Assembly (NCBI GenBank): GCA_043809745.1
Contig: JBDROU010000073.1
Coordinates: 98,218 to 162,217 of the forward strand
Origin: a bacterium
GTDB taxonomy: Bacteria; Elusimicrobiota; JBDRMW01; JBDROU01
Reading direction: 5' to 3'
DNA: 64,000 nucleotides
Below, piece by piece: positions 59,183 to 64,000 of the stretch. Under the pieces are notes generated by a model. That model worked only from the letters and a program-made list of their open reading frames with translations. It made no database searches and was not told the origin of the DNA. Position numbers and translations under genes: made by a program. Every line of letters begins with the position of its first letter. Within the stretch, counting starts at the first letter, position 1.

Positions 59183-59348
59183 ATATAGTAATTATACATC
59201 AAAGGTTCTAATCTTAGAAACTTTTTTAATGCCGGAACTTGAATTGGTGAAGCCGAACCCCAGAACCATTAATTTTGGCTCTTGGTTCCCCGATTTTGAA
59301 GCTCTGGCATTTTGAACTTATAGGTATGTTTTTAAAAAAGGCGGACCC

Positions 59349-61271
59349 ATGTTTGAAAATAAGCGTTTTTTTATTGTTTTATTAATCTCAGTTATTTCAT
59401 TTTCGCTTTTATCGGTAAATGCCGAAAGCAGAAAAGATAAAGATGTTGGCAATAGAAGCAAAGCTAATAGCTCTAATCATGAACTATCCATTAAATATTT
59501 TGGAACTGAAAAAATTATTGATTATGAAAAATATGGAAAATTCAAAGGTACTGGGACGGATAATTACAAGTATGCGATTGACGATATAATTGGGCTGAAA
59601 AGAGCTGCTGGTACAGGCATCTATCCTGACAGTATTAGCGTGTTTAAAGAGCCGTTATATAAAAAGTTGAAAAAGGAAAAGTCATTATCGGGCGATAAGT
59701 GGGATTTTATTCATTCAGATAATTATGCGGCAAATATTTATAAATGGGCTTCATGTGAGGATGAAGATATTGAAGGAGTTAAGCAGTGGTTTACTGCATT
59801 TGCTTTGGAGCGCGCAGGCTTGTTGGATCACGCAATAAAGGCATATTATGCTATTATTGTTCATTTCCCAAAAAGTGTGGGTTGGACATTTTTTAATACT
59901 CCATGGTACCAGGGAAGAGCTGCTGTTGATAAAGTAGATTTGCTTTGCAGGCAAAATCCTAAATTGGGCATGAAACTTGTGGATTGCGAAATAAAAATAA
60001 TAAATGGATATAATAATGAAACAGGAGACGATATATTCTATGTCAGGCCTGGGAAGCTTATCAAGGTTGATCCTGAACAGGTATTAGACAAAAGGATTAA
60101 TCTTAGCAGTCTGACTGAAGTAAGAAAGATTGGGAGATCTGATGTGCAGCTGATTAAGTATAATAATAACCACTGGCAGTTAATACTTAATAACAAACCA
60201 TTTGTTGTGAAGGCTGTTGCATATTCTCCTAATAAGGTAGGATTATCCCCTGATTCAAGTACATTAACGCCGCACAAAGATTATATGAAAGATGATTATA
60301 ACAGTAATGGCAAAATAGATGGCCCATATGATGCTTGGGTTGATAAGAACGGAAATAATCTTCAAGACGAAGATGAAACTGCGGTAGGTGATTTCCGGTT
60401 AATGAAGGAGATGGGGGTGAATGCAGTTAGATTATACCATCATGTTTATAATAAAGAATTATTAATGGATCTTTATAATAATTACGGAATCATGGCGTTG
60501 ATAGGTGATTATTTAGGTATGTATTCTGTGGGTTCTGATGCCCCGTTTTCCACCGGGACAGATTATTCTAATGAAGAATATAGAAAGAATATGGTTGAAA
60601 GTGTAAAATCAATGGTAGTGGATAATAAAGATGAACCATATGTTTTAATGTGGATATTGGGAAATGAGAATAATTATAGTGCTGATCCGGTTACCTATTA
60701 CAAGTTCGTTAATGAAGTCGCGAAGATAATAAAAAGTATTGATCCTAATCATCCTGTGGCAATATGCAACGGTGATTTCTTATTTCTGGATTTATTTGCC
60801 AAATATTGCCCGGATATTGATATTTACGGAACCAACAGTTATAGGGGTAAGGATGGATTTGGTTTAAGCCTATGGAAAGGTGTCAGTGATTTAGCCGATA
60901 AAGCCGTACTTATTACAGAGTATGGATGCCCTGCCTATCATTCTGGTAAAAGTTTTGAAATAGCTGAGGACGAACAGTCAGAATACCATGAGTTTTGCTG
61001 GAAGGATATCATGTACAATACAGCAGGGAGTGGCTACGGAAATTCTATAGGAGGTGTTGTTTTTGAATGGTGTGATGAATGGTGGAAGAATGGAAATTCC
61101 TATAATGCTGATAAGCATGATGAAAAAGGAAAGGTCAAAGGGCCATATCCGGATGGATGGCTTTATGAGGAGTGGTTAGGTATATGCGGTCAAGGTGATG
61201 GTAAAAACAGCCCCTTTTTAAGACATCTGAGAAAAGTATATTACACTTACCAAAAAATATGGAATGAATGA
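59349..61271 (+). CDS. Exported glycoside hydrolase, GH2-like TIM barrel (clan GH-A)
   Basis: Signal peptide; D..LMK.MGVNAVR.Y; W.LGNE acid/base; DP.HPV; ITEYG nucleophile; FEW.DEWWK. Confidence 0.8.
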   Translation: MFENKRFFIVLLISVISFSLLSVNAESRKDKDVGNRSKANSSNHELSIKYFGTEKIIDYEKYGKFKGTGTDNYKYAIDDIIGLKRAAGTGIYPDSISVFKEPLYKKLKKEKSLSGDKWDFIHSDNYAANIYKWASCEDEDIEGVKQWFTAFALERAGLLDHAIKAYYAIIVHFPKSVGWTFFNTPWYQGRAAVDKVDLLCRQNPKLGMKLVDCEIKIINGYNNETGDDIFYVRPGKLIKVDPEQVLDKRINLSSLTEVRKIGRSDVQLIKYNNNHWQLILNNKPFVVKAVAYSPNKVGLSPDSSTLTPHKDYMKDDYNSNGKIDGPYDAWVDKNGNNLQDEDETAVGDFRLMKEMGVNAVRLYHHVYNKELLMDLYNNYGIMALIGDYLGMYSVGSDAPFSTGTDYSNEEYRKNMVESVKSMVVDNKDEPYVLMWILGNENNYSADPVTYYKFVNEVAKIIKSIDPNHPVAICNGDFLFLDLFAKYCPDIDIYGTNSYRGKDGFGLSLWKGVSDLADKAVLITEYGCPAYHSGKSFEIAEDEQSEYHEFCWKDIMYNTAGSGYGNSIGGVVFEWCDEWWKNGNSYNADKHDEKGKVKGPYPDGWLYEEWLGICGQGDGKNSPFLRHLRKVYYTYQKIWNE

Positions 61272-61335
61272 ATATGAGAGATCTCAATATTAATTCTCTT
61301 TTTTAATCCTTTAATAAATTGAAGTCCATGCTGAT

Positions 61336-61701
61336 ATGCAAATTGCACTACTAATAATTGCTTTCATATTAATAATTGAAGGTGTTATGGAAATAATAGT
61401 TCCGGCAAAGATGAGAAATGCTTTAGCTCAGATGTATATGGAAATCCCACCTAAAGCTTTGGGCATTCTTTACTGTTTTATAGGAGTAAGTTTGAGCTTT
61501 GCTTCTCAATCAATTAGAATAAGAATGATTGGGCTATTAATAGGTGTGTTATTCTTTTTAGCAGGATTTTTGGTTGTAATTCTGCCTGAGGGAGCGGTAG
61601 TTAAAGTATTGGAGAAATTTAGCAAAGCCTCAATAATATTCTTTCGGTTATGGGGCATTATGGTTGTCGGAATTGGAGTGTTACTTGTTTTTGCCCGTTA
61701 A
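61336..61701 (+). CDS. Small membrane protein (DUF2065-like)
   Basis: LIIEG....P..; four TM helices; R..G...G. Confidence 0.6.
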   Translation: MQIALLIIAFILIIEGVMEIIVPAKMRNALAQMYMEIPPKALGILYCFIGVSLSFASQSIRIRMIGLLIGVLFFLAGFLVVILPEGAVVKVLEKFSKASIIFFRLWGIMVVGIGVLLVFAR

Positions 61702-61714
61702 ATCCTTTTTACGT

Positions 61715-62401
61715 TTATCTTTTTGAACGAGTAACTAAATTAAAAAATCTATCTTCATATGCGCTGAATAATTTAGAGTCTTTTAAGCACCTTCCAAGAA
61801 TACGTATCTTTCTCGGATCTTTTTCAGCCTGGCGGAATAAATTTTCTATTTCAATTTTAATTTTTGTTAATTGTCGTTCCTCGGGCGGATCAAAAAAACC
61901 ACGCTCTTCAAATTCAGTTATATTGCTACTCGCGGAGCGGAGCATCATTTCCAACGTCAATTTTAGTATCGACAGTTCATTGCTTGAATCTATCCCGGAT
62001 AGAATGGCAATGTAGTTATCCTCTGAGGTACGCTCTTTTATTCTTCTTAATACATTTGAAAAAGAATCAGATACGATCTTGGTTTGTGTTGGTTCATGCT
62101 TGAAATGGTAACCGATAATCCTTATTTCTGTTCTGATATCTTGATAGATTTCATCAATAAAATCTTCCACTTCTGAGCCATAGCCTTCAAATGAGTCTTT
62201 AATATCTTGAGATAATATGATCTTTGGTTTCTGAAATATTACCCTGCCCTCTCTCGTTTTTGTTTTCTTTACGTCAAGAGAAGCCAAGAAAAAATAATCT
62301 ATGGCAGATTGTCCAAAAGTTGACAAAGAGTAACGAGGATAACTTAAAATCTTCGTCATACGGAAAATATCTTCAAATTTTTGATTTTTTTTGCTGTACA
62401 T
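61715..62401 (-). CDS. Conserved-looking hypothetical protein
   Basis: 228-aa ORF; L.TFG.S.I.Y, REG.V...P.I, S...N..E.EERG.F. Confidence 0.7.
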   Translation of the reverse strand: MYSKKNQKFEDIFRMTKILSYPRYSLSTFGQSAIDYFFLASLDVKKTKTREGRVIFQKPKIILSQDIKDSFEGYGSEVEDFIDEIYQDIRTEIRIIGYHFKHEPTQTKIVSDSFSNVLRRIKERTSEDNYIAILSGIDSSNELSILKLTLEMMLRSASSNITEFEERGFFDPPEERQLTKIKIEIENLFRQAEKDPRKIRILGRCLKDSKLFSAYEDRFFNLVTRSKR

Positions 62402-62516
62402 GTTTTAGTTAATGTCCTTGAAAGTGGTTAGAATGTTAGCAAAATATTTTCAACAAATCAAGATTTACTTAGAGATTATGTTTAGGCCTTTGTTTGCAGG
62501 TATATGGAATTAACAA

Positions 62517-63572
62517 TTATTTGTTGCTTTCTTTAATTTTGGTAATTTCTGGTATAATATCGAAAAATGCATCTACAAGTTTTGGATCAAAATCTATACC
62601 GCTTTTTTTTCTAATTTCATTTATTCCCTCTAACATTGATTTTGCTTTTTTATAAAGTCGATTTGAAGTGATAGTGTCAAATACATCTGCTATTGCGCAT
62701 ATTCTGCCTTCTAATGGTATTTGCTCTCCTTTTAGCTTCTTAGGGTAGCCGCTGCCATTCCAGCGTTCATGGTGTGTTAAAGCAACTATCTCTGCCATTT
62801 TTAATAATTCTGATTTACTGCCTGAAAGTAAATTAGCTCCAAATTCCGAATGTTTTTCCATTAGCAAACGCTGTTTTTCATCTAACTTATCAGGCCTTAA
62901 TAATATTGTGTCAGGTATTCCCAGTTTCCCGGTATCATGAAGTGCCGCTGCATCTCTCAGCAGGCTGCAATGTTGTTCATTAAGGCCGATTTTTTGGCCT
63001 AATAAATGAGAGATTGCGCTCACCCGCAACGCATGTGAGCCGGTAATATTGTCACGATATTCGATTGCAAGACTCAATTTGTGAATAATTTCGCGCTGGG
63101 ATTCCATAAGTTCTTTTGTCCTCTCCATTACCTTTTGTTCAAGGATTATGTTCTGCTCATTAATTCTATTATGAAGCAGCCGCACTTCCAGCATATTTTG
63201 TATATGTATTAATGTTTCAGTTGAATCGATGGGTTTAGTTATAAAGCCTTTTGCTCCCATCTGAAGAGCTTTTATTTTACTTTCTTTATCCTGTTTAGCT
63301 GTAAGTATAAGAATAGGACAGTATGAATTCTCTTCAATTTTTTGAATTTCATTCATAATGTCAAATCCATTAACAATTGGCATTTCAAGATCGAGTATCA
63401 ACAGATCCGGACAGAAGTTTTTATATGTCTCTATTGCTTTCCTGGAATCTGTAATTGATTTAATGTTTTTATATCCTTTTGACTCTAATAAGGTTGTTAA
63501 AAGAAAAACATTTTCTTCTTGGTCATCTATAAGCAGTATTCTCGCATTAAGTATTTCTTCAATATCAATCAC
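62517..63572 (-). CDS. Response regulator with HD-GYP phosphodiesterase domain
   Basis: REC (IDD, LD.EMP, KP); E.RD..TG.H..RV; HD.GK; HHERWNGSGYP; ADVFD; FDP. Confidence 0.93.
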   Translation of the reverse strand: MIDIEEILNARILLIDDQEENVFLLTTLLESKGYKNIKSITDSRKAIETYKNFCPDLLILDLEMPIVNGFDIMNEIQKIEENSYCPILILTAKQDKESKIKALQMGAKGFITKPIDSTETLIHIQNMLEVRLLHNRINEQNIILEQKVMERTKELMESQREIIHKLSLAIEYRDNITGSHALRVSAISHLLGQKIGLNEQHCSLLRDAAALHDTGKLGIPDTILLRPDKLDEKQRLLMEKHSEFGANLLSGSKSELLKMAEIVALTHHERWNGSGYPKKLKGEQIPLEGRICAIADVFDTITSNRLYKKAKSMLEGINEIRKKSGIDFDPKLVDAFFDIIPEITKIKESNK

Positions 63573-63745
63573 AATATTAGTCCTTTTTTGAGCAAAACGG
63601 CTATATATATATATGTATACTGAGAACGGAAATTTTGCAAGACATTATTAAAATTGTTCGTTTCCAGTTTCCTTTACTTCCCTTGTTTAAATATGCATCT
63701 TATTAAAAATATAGCACCGGAAAAGAAGGTCCTATATTTATGAAA

Positions 63746-63774
63746 TTGACTTTCACTTATTATTTTGCTACTTT
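63746..63774 (+). promoter_or_regulatory. Sigma70-type promoter of nikR
   Basis: TTGACT (63746-63751), 17 nt ending TGC, TACTTT (63769-63774). Confidence 0.5.
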
Positions 63775-63791
63775 TTTATAAATCGTAACAC
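63765..63791. promoter_or_regulatory. Putative NikR operator
   Basis: TTGCTAC-N13-GTAACAC pseudo-palindrome overlapping the -10 box, just upstream of nikR. Confidence 0.65.
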
Positions 63792-63811
63792 TAATTAAAA
63801 GGTGGTTTATT

Positions 63812-64000
63812 ATGGTAAATGTAGATAGATTTGGTGTTTCCATGGAGAGAAAGCTTTTAGAGAAATTTGATTCCCTTATTAAGGAAAAGGGATATAGAAA
63901 TAGATCAGAAGCAATCAGGGATATAATTCGAGATCGTTTAGTTCAGGAAGAGTGGAAATCCTGCAAGGAAGCAGTTGGTACGGTTACTATAGTGTATGAC
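63812..64000 (+). CDS. nikR: Nickel-responsive regulator NikR, 5' part only
   Basis: Not in the ORF track. Manual translation [41 protein letters not shown]...VGTVTIVYD is a ribbon-helix-helix followed by the start of the NikR ACT domain. Confidence 0.93.
   Translation, partial: MVNVDRFGVSMERKLLEKFDSLIKEKGYRNRSEAIRDIIRDRLVQEEWKSCKEAVGTVTIVYD

Noticed and set aside
751-63591. Many 60-160 aa ORFs antisense to or overlapping long genes (e.g. 751-1038, 17658-18011, 34037-34402, 39807-40277)
   Set aside because: They are shadows of well-supported genes, with no motifs or RBS
63602-63619. (TA)n tract as a phase-variation switch
   Set aside because: Short, in an AT-rich intergenic region, and not clearly within a promoter spacer

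Overview
AT-rich bacterial chromosomal window, almost all on the + strand, from a diderm organism. Elusimicrobiota-like affiliation is my inference from the PorV-family/CTD gene pairs and FN3 surface protein style. The backbone is housekeeping: yggS-proC-DUF167-mtnA-ileS-lspA-lgt-rluD, gmk-rpoZ-coaC-coaB-udg-priA, def-fmt, gatB, metX-metW, gph-mgtE and the start of nikR. It also carries envelope genes (Omp85, TPR proteins, two CTD-cargo + PorV-like pairs) and c-di-GMP signalling genes. The main accessory region is a ~3.5 kb island at 8240-11700. It holds an intact RAYT/IS200-like HUH (Y1) transposase bounded by a perfect 19-bp inverted repeat, an AbiEi/AbiEii type IV toxin-antitoxin pair, the decayed 3' end of a second RAYT-like gene, and a DUF5674 gene pair. 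Short TGACCC/TGTCCC/CGTCCCC motifs, two with 9-bp tandem duplications directly outside them, mark the module junctions, suggesting a RAYT-driven cassette array. Other highlights: a ResB/CcsA pair whose CcsA has lost heme-ligand histidines, next to a secreted metallo-beta-lactamase-fold protein that has lost its metal ligands; a small MITE/REP-like family at gene ends; a PhoP-like 11-bp-period operator; and a NikR operator. I saw no rRNA, tRNA or CRISPR array. All family assignments come from motif recognition, not database searches.
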